Positions 1 to 8,117 of a stretch of DNA of 64,000 nucleotides are shown in pieces. This DNA is from Candidatus Daviesbacteria bacterium (GTDB taxonomy: Bacteria > Patescibacteriota > Microgenomatia > Daviesbacterales > UBA10151): assembly GCA_028715175.1 (NCBI GenBank), contig JAQUSJ010000001.1, forward strand, positions 212,550 through 276,549, given 5' to 3'. Position 1 is the first letter of the stretch; each line of letters begins with the position of its first letter. Made by a program: the position numbers and the translations under genes. Under the pieces are notes generated by a model. That model searched no databases, was not told where the DNA came from, and saw nothing but the letters and a program-made list of their open reading frames with translations.

Positions 1-1011
1 AGAAGAATTTTGGTGGAACTGCCCGGATTAAAAGATGCTTCCGCTGCTGCTAATTTGGTGGGGAAAACAGCTCAATTGGATTTTCGGGAATTGCCTGCCA
101 GCTTGTCTGCCCAGGAAATTGAAGCTACTAAATCAGGCATGCCGATAGTAGCTTTTGCCAAACAGACCGGTTTAACCGGTGCTGATTTAAAAAAAGCTCA
201 GGTTACTTTTGGAGGAGGTCGAGGAGCAAAAAGCGGACCGCAAGTAGCGATTGAGTTTACTGTCGAGGGTGCTAAGAAATTTGCGGAAATTACCAGAAGG
301 AATATAAATAGACCTTTAGCTATATTTTTGGATAATGAACTTATTTCTGCCCCGAATGTTGCTCAAGAGATTGACGGAGGGAATGCCGTTATTACCGGAC
401 AATTTACAACCGAAGAGGCTAAAGATTTGGCTATTGAACTTAATGCCGGCGCGCTGCCTGTACCCATAAAATTAATCAGCCAACATTTTGTCGGTCCCAC
501 GCTTGGTCAGGAATCAATTAATAAAAGTGTTGTTGCAGGAGCTATAGGACTTATGGTGATTAGTCTATATATGGCAGCTTTTTATGGCATTTTAGGACTG
601 GTTGCTGACGGGGCTTTAGTTATTTATACACTTTTAGTGCTGGCAATTTTTAAAACCGGTTTTTTTATTCCGCAATTACAATTTACTCTGACTTTGGCAG
701 GAATTGCCGGGTTTATATTATCAATTGGAATGGCGGTTGACGCCAACATTTTAATTTTCGAAAGAATGAAGGAGGAAATCCGTTGGGGGAAAACTAAACA
801 GGTAGCTCTGGAGCTAGGATTTAAAAGAGCTTGGTCTTCAATTTGGGCGTCAAATGTTTCCTCGCTTTTGACTGCTATTATTCTTTATGGGATGGGGACA
901 TCTTTGATCCGGGGGTTTGCCATAACTTTGGCAATTGGGGTTTTGGTTTCCATGTTTACAGCAGTTGTGGTGACCAGGACTTTTTTGGGATATTTAATAC
1001 GAGATAAGTAA
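1..1011 (+). CDS. secD: protein translocase subunit SecD (5' end cut by window edge)
   Basis: Open frame from nt 1 with no upstream stop; C-terminal SecD/SecF membrane domain (FKTGFFIPQ...AVDANILIFERMKEE); secF lies downstream. Confidence 0.85.
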   Translation, partial: RRILVELPGLKDASAAANLVGKTAQLDFRELPASLSAQEIEATKSGMPIVAFAKQTGLTGADLKKAQVTFGGGRGAKSGPQVAIEFTVEGAKKFAEITRRNINRPLAIFLDNELISAPNVAQEIDGGNAVITGQFTTEEAKDLAIELNAGALPVPIKLISQHFVGPTLGQESINKSVVAGAIGLMVISLYMAAFYGILGLVADGALVIYTLLVLAIFKTGFFIPQLQFTLTLAGIAGFILSIGMAVDANILIFERMKEEIRWGKTKQVALELGFKRAWSSIWASNVSSLLTAIILYGMGTSLIRGFAITLAIGVLVSMFTAVVVTRTFLGYLIRDK

Positions 1012-1012
1012 A

Positions 1013-1885
1013 ATGAACTTTACAAGCACGAGCCCTCATTATGAATATTTACGAAAAAAATGGACCGGCCGCCATCGCGCTATCCAAAATAAGTTTTGGG
1101 AAAAACATGGCGAATCCTTGAAACATTTAGCGCTAGGTTCACTCGGAGGATTGATGTTGCTGGCTGCGCCCCATCAGCCGCAATTGCTATCACAAAATTT
1201 AATCGTAAGCAGTAAAAGTGCGCTTAAAGGTTTTGACCGGAATGTCCTACTTGCCAAAGTTTTATCTGATAATGTACCTCCAGAGGTCAGGCCGCTAGAC
1301 CCGCTAGAGGAAAAAAATATTACCGATATTTTATCTCGTAATCTTGGTTTTAAAGTGGTAACACAGCTTAATAATATAAGATTAAACAGGAATTATGGTT
1401 TAATAGGAGGAGAGCAGCATTTATACCGTTATCCGGGTGATAACTTATATGCTCATGCAGATGCCACATCTGATTGGGCGAATTATGGTGATGCAGGAAT
1501 CGCTCCGGGATTAGGCGCTTGGGGTTATTTCGCACCCTCAAAGACAAGTTTTACAGAGACGGATAAACAAAAAGAGCGTTATTATCTGGCGATTCAAACA
1601 TTCCTGGCTCCGGGTTTTGCGGAAAATTTTGCCAGATACAGAGATTTTTTTAAATTTAGAAAAATGCTGGTGGTAAATCCGAAGACCGGTCAGGCAGTTG
1701 TGGCAGTTATTGGTGATGCCGGTCCGGCAGAATGGACGGGTAAACATCTGGGAGGATCGCCAGAAGTAATGAATGCAATAGGTTTGGCAACCGGATCAAG
1801 AAAAGGCCCGGTACTGTATTTTTTTATAGATGATCCGGAGAATGAGCTACCTTTAGGACCGGTTAGCGTCAGGAGTGAAGCATGA
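1013..1885 (+). CDS. hypothetical membrane-anchored protein; C-terminal segment (VVAVIGDAGPAEWTGKHLGGSPEVMNAIGL) weakly resembles RlpA/3D-type double-psi beta-barrel domains
   Basis: 290-aa ORF with one N-terminal TM segment (LALGSLGGLMLLAAP); starts 1 nt after the secD stop; domain resemblance comes from reading the motif only. Confidence 0.5.
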   Translation: MNFTSTSPHYEYLRKKWTGRHRAIQNKFWEKHGESLKHLALGSLGGLMLLAAPHQPQLLSQNLIVSSKSALKGFDRNVLLAKVLSDNVPPEVRPLDPLEEKNITDILSRNLGFKVVTQLNNIRLNRNYGLIGGEQHLYRYPGDNLYAHADATSDWANYGDAGIAPGLGAWGYFAPSKTSFTETDKQKERYYLAIQTFLAPGFAENFARYRDFFKFRKMLVVNPKTGQAVVAVIGDAGPAEWTGKHLGGSPEVMNAIGLATGSRKGPVLYFFIDDPENELPLGPVSVRSEA

Positions 1886-2214
1886 CTAGAACTTTTTTCT
1901 ACAGCCATTTAATTGAGATAGAATCAATTATTATTGAACTTGATAAGTTGGATTTGTCTCCAGAACAAAAAGAGCACCTTGCCAATTTAATAGATTCCAG
2001 TTTACATCATACTATTTTGGATGCAGTTTTATCCGAATTAACGCCGGCGGATAAAAAAGTTTTTCTGCAATCTCTGAAGGAAGATAATCATAATAAAATT
2101 TGGAAGTTTTTAAATGAAAAAATTGATAGCGTTGAAGAGAAAATTAAAAAAACAGCGAACGATCTTAAAAACGAACTCCACAAAGATTTAAAAGAAGCTA
2201 AGAAGTATAAATGA
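1882..2214 (+). CDS. hypothetical small charged/coiled-coil protein
   Basis: 110-aa ORF with 4-nt start/stop overlaps to both neighbours (operon-like) between secD and secF. Confidence 0.45.
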   Translation: MTRTFFYSHLIEIESIIIELDKLDLSPEQKEHLANLIDSSLHHTILDAVLSELTPADKKVFLQSLKEDNHNKIWKFLNEKIDSVEEKIKKTANDLKNELHKDLKEAKKYK

Positions 2215-3098
2215 AAAATTTAATGCGATTTAAATCATTATATTTTATTTTTTCATTACTTATAATTTTGCCGGGGTTATATTATTTAATTACTTCAGGA
2301 CTCCGACTAGGAATAGATTTTACCGGAGGAGCTTTGCTTGAATATCAATTTGAAAAAAATATAGACCCAAATGATTTGAAACAACAGATTTCTTCCCAAG
2401 GCATTGAGGTCGGTCAAATTAATTCCTCTTCAAATAATATTTATATAATCCGTACAAAGCCGGTAGATCAAAGTAAAATAAACCAACTTAAATTATCTTT
2501 GGGTGAAAAATTTGGTCAGGTAGAAGAACGCAGAGTAGAATTTGTGGGGCCGGTTGTCGGAGCTGAACTTAGTCAAAAAGCATTCATTGCAGTGGCGTTA
2601 GCATCTTTGGTAATTGTTTTATACATAGCTTTTTCTTTTAGAAAAATACCCAGACCGCAATCTTCGTGGAGATTTGGCATTACTGCGGTTGTGGCACTGA
2701 TCCACGATATATTGATAGTTGTGGGACTTTTTGCAATGCTAGGAAAATTTCTTGGGGTGGAAATTGATACTCTTTCCGTGACGGCGCTTCTCACGGTCAT
2801 AGGTTTTTCCGTGCATGATACTATTGTTGTTTTTGATAGGATAAGAGAAAATTTGACTAAACATATTGGCAAGAAATTCATCGATGTTGCTAATTTGTCA
2901 GTTATGCAGACTTTAGATAGGTCTTTAAACACCTCTTTGACGGTAGTTTTTGTGCTGTTGGCAATGCTACTTTTTGGCGGAGAAACTCTAAGATGGTTTG
3001 TGTTAACACTGCTGGTTGGTATTGTTTCCGGTACTTATTCTTCAATCTTTAATGCCACAGCATTACTCGTTTGGTGGGAAGAAAAATTAGGCCATTGA
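2211..3098 (+). CDS. secF: protein translocase subunit SecF
   Basis: GIDFTGGALLEYQF motif and SecF membrane domain. Confidence 0.85.
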   Translation: MKNLMRFKSLYFIFSLLIILPGLYYLITSGLRLGIDFTGGALLEYQFEKNIDPNDLKQQISSQGIEVGQINSSSNNIYIIRTKPVDQSKINQLKLSLGEKFGQVEERRVEFVGPVVGAELSQKAFIAVALASLVIVLYIAFSFRKIPRPQSSWRFGITAVVALIHDILIVVGLFAMLGKFLGVEIDTLSVTALLTVIGFSVHDTIVVFDRIRENLTKHIGKKFIDVANLSVMQTLDRSLNTSLTVVFVLLAMLLFGGETLRWFVLTLLVGIVSGTYSSIFNATALLVWWEEKLGH

Positions 3099-3128
3099 TA
3101 TTTGCTATAAATTGAATATAATTCTTTC

Positions 3129-3473
3129 ATGGAGAAAATAGAGCTAAGAAGTGTGCCCCCCAAAATAATAATACAAGCATATCTTAGTGAAGCAAGTGGA
3201 GGGTTTGGCTCATACGGTGGATTAGATGGTAAGGGTCCTATGGTAACTATTGATCGAGAAAAAGGGAGAATAGTTGTATTGCGTGGCTCTGATTTTAGAG
3301 GAAGATTAAGAAGATGGAAAGAATCAGGAGGAGAAAGTCTATGTCCATTACAACAAAAGCCTACGCTTGCAGTTTTAAATGCATTTGTTAATCACGATCC
3401 TCGCGCTTTCTATGATAGAAGGATTAATCAAATAGTAATGATACCTAGTGAAGTTGCTGTATCCGTTGGATGA
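3129..3473 (+). CDS. hypothetical protein (weak call)
   Basis: 114-aa ORF with no Shine-Dalgarno; 3' end overlaps the convergent cca gene by 29 nt. Confidence 0.25.
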   Translation: MEKIELRSVPPKIIIQAYLSEASGGFGSYGGLDGKGPMVTIDREKGRIVVLRGSDFRGRLRRWKESGGESLCPLQQKPTLAVLNAFVNHDPRAFYDRRINQIVMIPSEVAVSVG

Positions 3474-4845
3474 GATAATCTTTATTATTCTTTGACGAGT
3501 TTTCTAGGACTTCTTCAAAAAGTTTTTGTAGGATTTCACCAACTTTTGGGCCGGGTTTTAAATTAAGTTCTTTCATTACGTCATTACCATTAACTTTTAA
3601 ATCAGAAATAGTAAATGGTTTTTTGAGAACTTCTTTAATTCTTTTTTGAAACTCTTCCATCCTCCAGGAAACAGCTTTTTGAGTTCCGCCTCCCAAGCGA
3701 TCTCCAATCCGTAATGCTATCATGTCCTCGATGTTTTCTATTCCGACATTTTTAATAAATCTGCGGATAGCAGAATCAGTTTGCCGTTCATCAACTGTAA
3801 ACAAATGCCACCTCACAAGACGATATAATTTGTCAGTTTGTTTATTTGATAAATTAAATCTTTTGGCAATATCTAATACTAATTTGCCGCCAACAACATC
3901 GTGATTGTAAAAAGTAACATTTCCATCAGGTTCTGTTTTAACTGTTTTAGTTTTCCCGATATCATGCAAAAGCGCAGCAAACCTGACTAGTGGATCAGTG
4001 GATGGTGTATGTTTTAAAGTTAATAGGGAGTGTTCTCCAATGTCATAGATCCGGTCGTGCTTTGGTCCTTTTTGGACAATGCCAAAACATTTTTCCAGTT
4101 CCGGTAAGATAATTTGTAATATTCCCGCCTCCCTAAGTTTTATCATACCTATGTAAGGACTGCCTGAAACAAGGATTTTAAATAATTCATCATGTATTCG
4201 CTCAAAGGCGATTTCTTTAAGTAAGGTGGCATTTTCCAAAATTGCAGAATGAGTTTTTGGGTCAATTTCAAATTCCAGCTCTGAAGCTAACCTGATAGCC
4301 CTCATTAGACGCAGAGCATCTTCTTTAAACCTTTTATCAGGTTCTCCAACAGATCTGATTATTTTATTCTTAATATCATCCTGACCGTTAAAAGGGTCAA
4401 CTATATTTATGGATCCCGTTGTACTCAGACACGACTTATCAAGTTCGGGATAACAGTGGAGGGCTATTGCATTAATGGTAAAATCGCGTCTTGCCAGGTC
4501 TTCCTCTATTTGATCTGTCCAGGAAACTTCTACCGGGTGGCGGTGGTCTTTATAAACTCCTTCTTTTCTCATAGTTGTAATCTCGAAAATTCCACCTCCG
4601 AGGTGTTTTGTGTCTTTTGACGGAATTCCTACTGTGCCAAATTTATTATCATAAAATCCATCAGGAAAAAGTTTAAGGATTTCTTCTGGTTTGGCATCAG
4701 TTGTGAAGTCCCAATCAGAAATCCGCCGGCTGGCGGATCCCATCAGAAGATCTCTAACTGCCCCTCCCACAATATAAATTTGGAAATTAGATTGCTGCAA
4801 TTTATTTAAGATATTTTTTACCTCAGTTGGTAGTGTATAATTCAT
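3445..4845 (-). CDS. cca: CCA-adding tRNA nucleotidyltransferase (polyA-polymerase head domain plus HD domain)
   Basis: GGAVRDLLMG...DWDFTT nucleotidyltransferase motifs and an HD motif (LLHDIGK). Confidence 0.8.
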   Translation of the reverse strand: MNYTLPTEVKNILNKLQQSNFQIYIVGGAVRDLLMGSASRRISDWDFTTDAKPEEILKLFPDGFYDNKFGTVGIPSKDTKHLGGGIFEITTMRKEGVYKDHRHPVEVSWTDQIEEDLARRDFTINAIALHCYPELDKSCLSTTGSINIVDPFNGQDDIKNKIIRSVGEPDKRFKEDALRLMRAIRLASELEFEIDPKTHSAILENATLLKEIAFERIHDELFKILVSGSPYIGMIKLREAGILQIILPELEKCFGIVQKGPKHDRIYDIGEHSLLTLKHTPSTDPLVRFAALLHDIGKTKTVKTEPDGNVTFYNHDVVGGKLVLDIAKRFNLSNKQTDKLYRLVRWHLFTVDERQTDSAIRRFIKNVGIENIEDMIALRIGDRLGGGTQKAVSWRMEEFQKRIKEVLKKPFTISDLKVNGNDVMKELNLKPGPKVGEILQKLFEEVLENSSKNNKDYLIQRIQQLH

Positions 4846-4860
4846 GATGTTATTGTACTA

Positions 4861-4873
4861 CACCTCCGAGGTG
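4861..4873. repeat. half copy (CACCTCCGAGGTG) of the dispersed hairpin repeat, located 7 nt upstream of the recJ ATG
   Basis: Identical to the 3' arm plus CA of the full copies at 8280, 39355 and 42163; its GAGGTG could serve as the recJ Shine-Dalgarno. Confidence 0.5.
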
Positions 4874-4880
4874 AAATAGC

Positions 4881-6527
4881 ATGAAGTGGAAAATAGCCCC
4901 CAGGAAATCTGATAATTTAGTCGAGCAACTTTTAATCAACCGTGGTATTAAAACCGAAAAAGAAAAAGAGCAATTTTTCCATCCTAAAATTTCCGACTTT
5001 GCTAGTGATTTACAAATTCCCGGTATCAAAAGGGCCAATAAAAGAATTTTACAAGCAATCGAAAGAGGCGAGTTAATAATAGTTTATGGTGATTATGATG
5101 CGGATGGAATATGCGCCGCGGCTGTTTTATACAAAGGCTTAACTTCAATCGGAGCAAAAGTGCTGCCTTACATTCCACATAGAGAAAAAGAAGGGTATGG
5201 GATATCAAATATAGGACTTCAGTCTGTAAAGAATTCCGGCGCTGTAGTAGTGGTGACAGTTGATAATGGAATTGCGGCAGCAGATCAGGCAAAATTTGCC
5301 AAGAGCTTAGGTTTAGATTTAATAATTACGGATCACCATATTCCTGCCGAGCGGAAAAATAAACCTTTATGGCCGGATGCATATGCAATAATTCATTCAA
5401 CTAAGATGTGCGGAGCGGCAGTTGCCTGGTGTTTAATTAAGGATTTGATCGAAAAAGAGTTAGCTACGGAGTTGTTGCAATTTGTAGCAATTGCGACAAT
5501 TTGTGATCTTATTCCGTTGTTTGATTTAAACAGGGCATTTGTTTTTGAAGGGCTAAAAATTTTAAACCAGACAAAAAATCCGGGATTACTTTCATTGATA
5601 AAGGAATCCGGTATTTCTTTAGGAGAGATAGGATCTTTTGAGGTGGGTTATATAGTCGGTCCGAGGTTAAATGCCATGGGTAGACTAGAGCATGCTATTG
5701 ATTCCCTCAGGCTTCTTTGTACTAAAGATCCGGTTAAAGCAAAAAGATTGGCAAAACTTTTAGCTGACACAAATATCACTCGTCAAAAAATGACCATGGA
5801 AGCACTGGAGCAGGCAAAATTATTGATTGATAAACAAAAAAAGATTCATGTTATCTTTAGCAAAGATTGGTCTGCCGGAATTATTGGTTTAGTAGCCGGC
5901 AGGGTTTGCGAGGAATACTCGCGTCCGGCAATTGCCATATCTGTTGGTGAAGAGATTTCTAAAGGTTCTGCCCGGTCTATTGACGGGATAAATATTATTG
6001 AGTTGATCAGGAAACATTCTGACATTTTAATTGATGCGGGAGGGCATCCTGGCGCAGCCGGTTTTTCTCTTTTAAGCAAACATATTGAAGTGTTTAAGAA
6101 AAGATTAGAGGAAATTGCGATAGCATTACCGGAGGAGAAAAAAGTTTTGGAAATTGATGCAGAAGTTATTAGTAAACAGTTAAATAAAACTTTAATTCAT
6201 GAGTTACAAAAATTTGAGCCCTTTGGATTGGGCAATAGAAGACCAGTTTTTGTAACTAAAAATATGCAGGTTTCTGATATTAGGACAGTGGGGGAAGGAA
6301 AACATTTAAAATTTAAGGTCTCTCCCTCTGTCATCCTGAGCGGAGCGCAGCGAAGCGAAGGATCTAATGCGATTGATGCTATTGCCTTTGGAATGGGAGA
6401 TTGGGTGAATCTCTTAAAATCCGGCCAGATGCTAAACTTGGCATATAATTTAGAGTTGGATACTTATAATGGTAATGATAAAGTGCAATTAAAAGTTAAA
6501 GATATAGGTGTTAATCCTTCGGCGTAA
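4881..6527 (+). CDS. recJ: single-stranded-DNA-specific exonuclease RecJ
   Basis: DHH motifs (YGDYDADGICAAAVL, ITDHH) and DHHA1 region. Confidence 0.85.
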   Translation: MKWKIAPRKSDNLVEQLLINRGIKTEKEKEQFFHPKISDFASDLQIPGIKRANKRILQAIERGELIIVYGDYDADGICAAAVLYKGLTSIGAKVLPYIPHREKEGYGISNIGLQSVKNSGAVVVVTVDNGIAAADQAKFAKSLGLDLIITDHHIPAERKNKPLWPDAYAIIHSTKMCGAAVAWCLIKDLIEKELATELLQFVAIATICDLIPLFDLNRAFVFEGLKILNQTKNPGLLSLIKESGISLGEIGSFEVGYIVGPRLNAMGRLEHAIDSLRLLCTKDPVKAKRLAKLLADTNITRQKMTMEALEQAKLLIDKQKKIHVIFSKDWSAGIIGLVAGRVCEEYSRPAIAISVGEEISKGSARSIDGINIIELIRKHSDILIDAGGHPGAAGFSLLSKHIEVFKKRLEEIAIALPEEKKVLEIDAEVISKQLNKTLIHELQKFEPFGLGNRRPVFVTKNMQVSDIRTVGEGKHLKFKVSPSVILSGAQRSEGSNAIDAIAFGMGDWVNLLKSGQMLNLAYNLELDTYNGNDKVQLKVKDIGVNPSA

Positions 6528-6764
6528 TTATGTTGTTATAACCCACGCTCTGCCTATCCAGAATTCTGGGTTTTTAGTTCTATCAAAACCTATTATCCTA
6601 AAAATTTTATCTGCAGGATCTCTAAATCGCCCATTACCAATATAAATTCCTTCTGGTGAAACTGGTATGCTAACAGTTTTAAACTTTTCGCCTGGTTTAA
6701 GAGTTATGGCTGTTGGATTATTAAATAATTCTACTGCTTCAATATTGGGCATATATTTTTCCAT
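6528..6764 (-). CDS. hypothetical small protein
   Basis: 78-aa ORF directly downstream of the pheA terminator; start context ...GGGAGGTTTTTTAATGGAAAAATATATG duplicates the pheA start context. Confidence 0.4.
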   Translation of the reverse strand: MEKYMPNIEAVELFNNPTAITLKPGEKFKTVSIPVSPEGIYIGNGRFRDPADKIFRIIGFDRTKNPEFWIGRAWVITT

Positions 6765-6788
6765 TAAAAAACCTCCCGTTCGGGAGGT
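6765..6788 (-). terminator. rho-independent terminator after pheA (CCTCCC-GAAC-GGGAGG plus T6 on the minus strand)
   Basis: Perfect 6-bp GC stem followed by a U-run on the minus strand downstream of the pheA stop. Confidence 0.6.
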
Positions 6789-6978
6789 CTTTAATACCTT
6801 TCTTTTTTAGATAAAGTTTACCTAAAAAGATCTCCCTAAGAGCGCTCCGGTAAGGAGCACCAAAAGGAGGCCTAATAAGACTTCAATTCTTTTTAAATTT
6901 AAACTCAAACTTTTCGACATGATGATTATTATGCTAATAGCAGTCTCGTGATTTGTCAATAAGTGAGTAAACTATTTT

Positions 6979-7911
6979 TCATTGACCATTGATTGTGCCC
7001 GGATCTCTAGCACCTGCTGGCAACTCGGCTTTTCTGTATGAACCCAGTATTCTAAGTGAGGAACAGTAAGTAGTTTCTAGATCATTTATACCTTGTTTGA
7101 CCGTATCATTTTCAATATGCCCATCTATTGTAACCCAGAAAGCGTATTGTCTCATGATTCCGGTAGGTCGTGAATCTATTTTCGTTAAATTTATGTCGTA
7201 AGAAGCTAAAACCGTAAGGCATCTTGCTAACATTCCCGGACGATTGCTTTCGGGAACGATGAAGACGAGAGCAGTACTATCTTGACCGGTAGGTTTAGTC
7301 TCGCCTCTTCCCAGCATTAAGAAACGAGTAGAGTTGCCTTTCACGTCGCCTATATCTTCTGCAAGGATAGGTACATTGTATATTTGGGCGGCTCTTCTGC
7401 CAGCTATTGCTGCAATTTGTTTATTGTTTCTTGCAAGTTCAACTGCTGCCGTAGTGCTGGAGGACGGCTCTTGTTTTGCTTGGGGATAATTATTTAAAAG
7501 ATAAGTCCTGCATTGAGCTAAAGCTTGAGGATGGGAATGAATTTCGCTTATTTCAAATCCTGGCCATCCTATTAACATATGCTGAATACCTAATATTGTT
7601 TCCCCAAGTATAGTGATACGTCTTGTATGGTTTAGTTCTCTTAAAACCTCTACGACATCTCCTTCGATTGCATTCTCCACCGGAACGACCCCAATGTCAT
7701 AATCGCCTGCTTCTACAGCTTGTACTACTGTTGCATTATAAGGCAAGAAGACAGCATCCATTTCGTCTAGATAATTACCTAACAATTCCCATCTGGCTGC
7801 TTCCGTGTATGTTCCTTCAGGACCTAAACAAGCTACTCTAGGTTTGATTCTACCTTGAGTAAGCTCGATCTTTACCGGATAATTATTTATTAATAATTCG
7901 ATCTTATTCAT
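6979..7911 (-). CDS. pheA: prephenate dehydratase (PDT catalytic domain plus ACT domain, no chorismate mutase domain)
   Basis: ACLGPEGTYTEAA, ESNRPGML and TKIDSRP motifs. Confidence 0.8.
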   Translation of the reverse strand: MNKIELLINNYPVKIELTQGRIKPRVACLGPEGTYTEAARWELLGNYLDEMDAVFLPYNATVVQAVEAGDYDIGVVPVENAIEGDVVEVLRELNHTRRITILGETILGIQHMLIGWPGFEISEIHSHPQALAQCRTYLLNNYPQAKQEPSSSTTAAVELARNNKQIAAIAGRRAAQIYNVPILAEDIGDVKGNSTRFLMLGRGETKPTGQDSTALVFIVPESNRPGMLARCLTVLASYDINLTKIDSRPTGIMRQYAFWVTIDGHIENDTVKQGINDLETTYCSSLRILGSYRKAELPAGARDPGTINGQ

Positions 7912-7925
7912 ATATTTTTTCCACT

Positions 7926-7957
7926 AAAAAACCTCCGTTTAAAAAAAATACGGAGGT
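7926..7957 (-). terminator. pheA leader terminator (attenuator segments 3:4): AACCTCCGT-AUUUUUUUUAA-ACGGAGGTT plus U6, ending ~15 nt before the pheA ATG
   Basis: Hairpin plus U-run on the minus strand upstream of the pheA start, so it is not a downstream terminator; see the attenuator finding. Confidence 0.6.
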
Positions 7958-8001
7958 TAGTTAATTTTTAGTTGATTTTTCTCAGCAAAACCAACCTCCG
8001 C

Positions 8002-8052
8002 TTAAGCGAAGGTAAAGAAGAACCAATTAATTCTTCCTACTGGTTTTTGCAT
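8002..8052 (-). CDS. pheL: pheA leader peptide MQKPVGRINWFFFTFA (16 aa, 5 Phe in the last 7 codons)
   Basis: ATG...TAA small ORF on the minus strand inside the pheA leader; Phe codons overlap attenuator segment 1; resembles E. coli PheL ([15 protein letters not shown]). Confidence 0.6.
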   Translation of the reverse strand: MQKPVGRINWFFFTFA

Positions 8053-8059
8053 AGATATT

Positions 8060-8088
8060 AATCTAACAAATATTTTTGATCTTGTCAA
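8060..8088 (-). promoter_or_regulatory. putative sigma70-type promoter for the pheL-pheA leader (TTGACA-17 nt-TAGATT on the minus strand)
   Basis: Consensus -35 hexamer, 17-nt spacer, 4/6 match at -10. Confidence 0.4.
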
Positions 8089-8117
8089 CATGTACTTCCT
8101 GCTGTTATGATGCATTC

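Noticed and set aside
7995-8022. CCTCCGC-TTAA-GCGAAGG palindrome on the plus strand, considered as a fifth copy of the CACCTC hairpin family
   Set aside because: Better explained as segments 1:2 of the pheA attenuator (it overlaps the leader peptide stop). Sequence similarity to the repeat family is limited to the CCTCC core.
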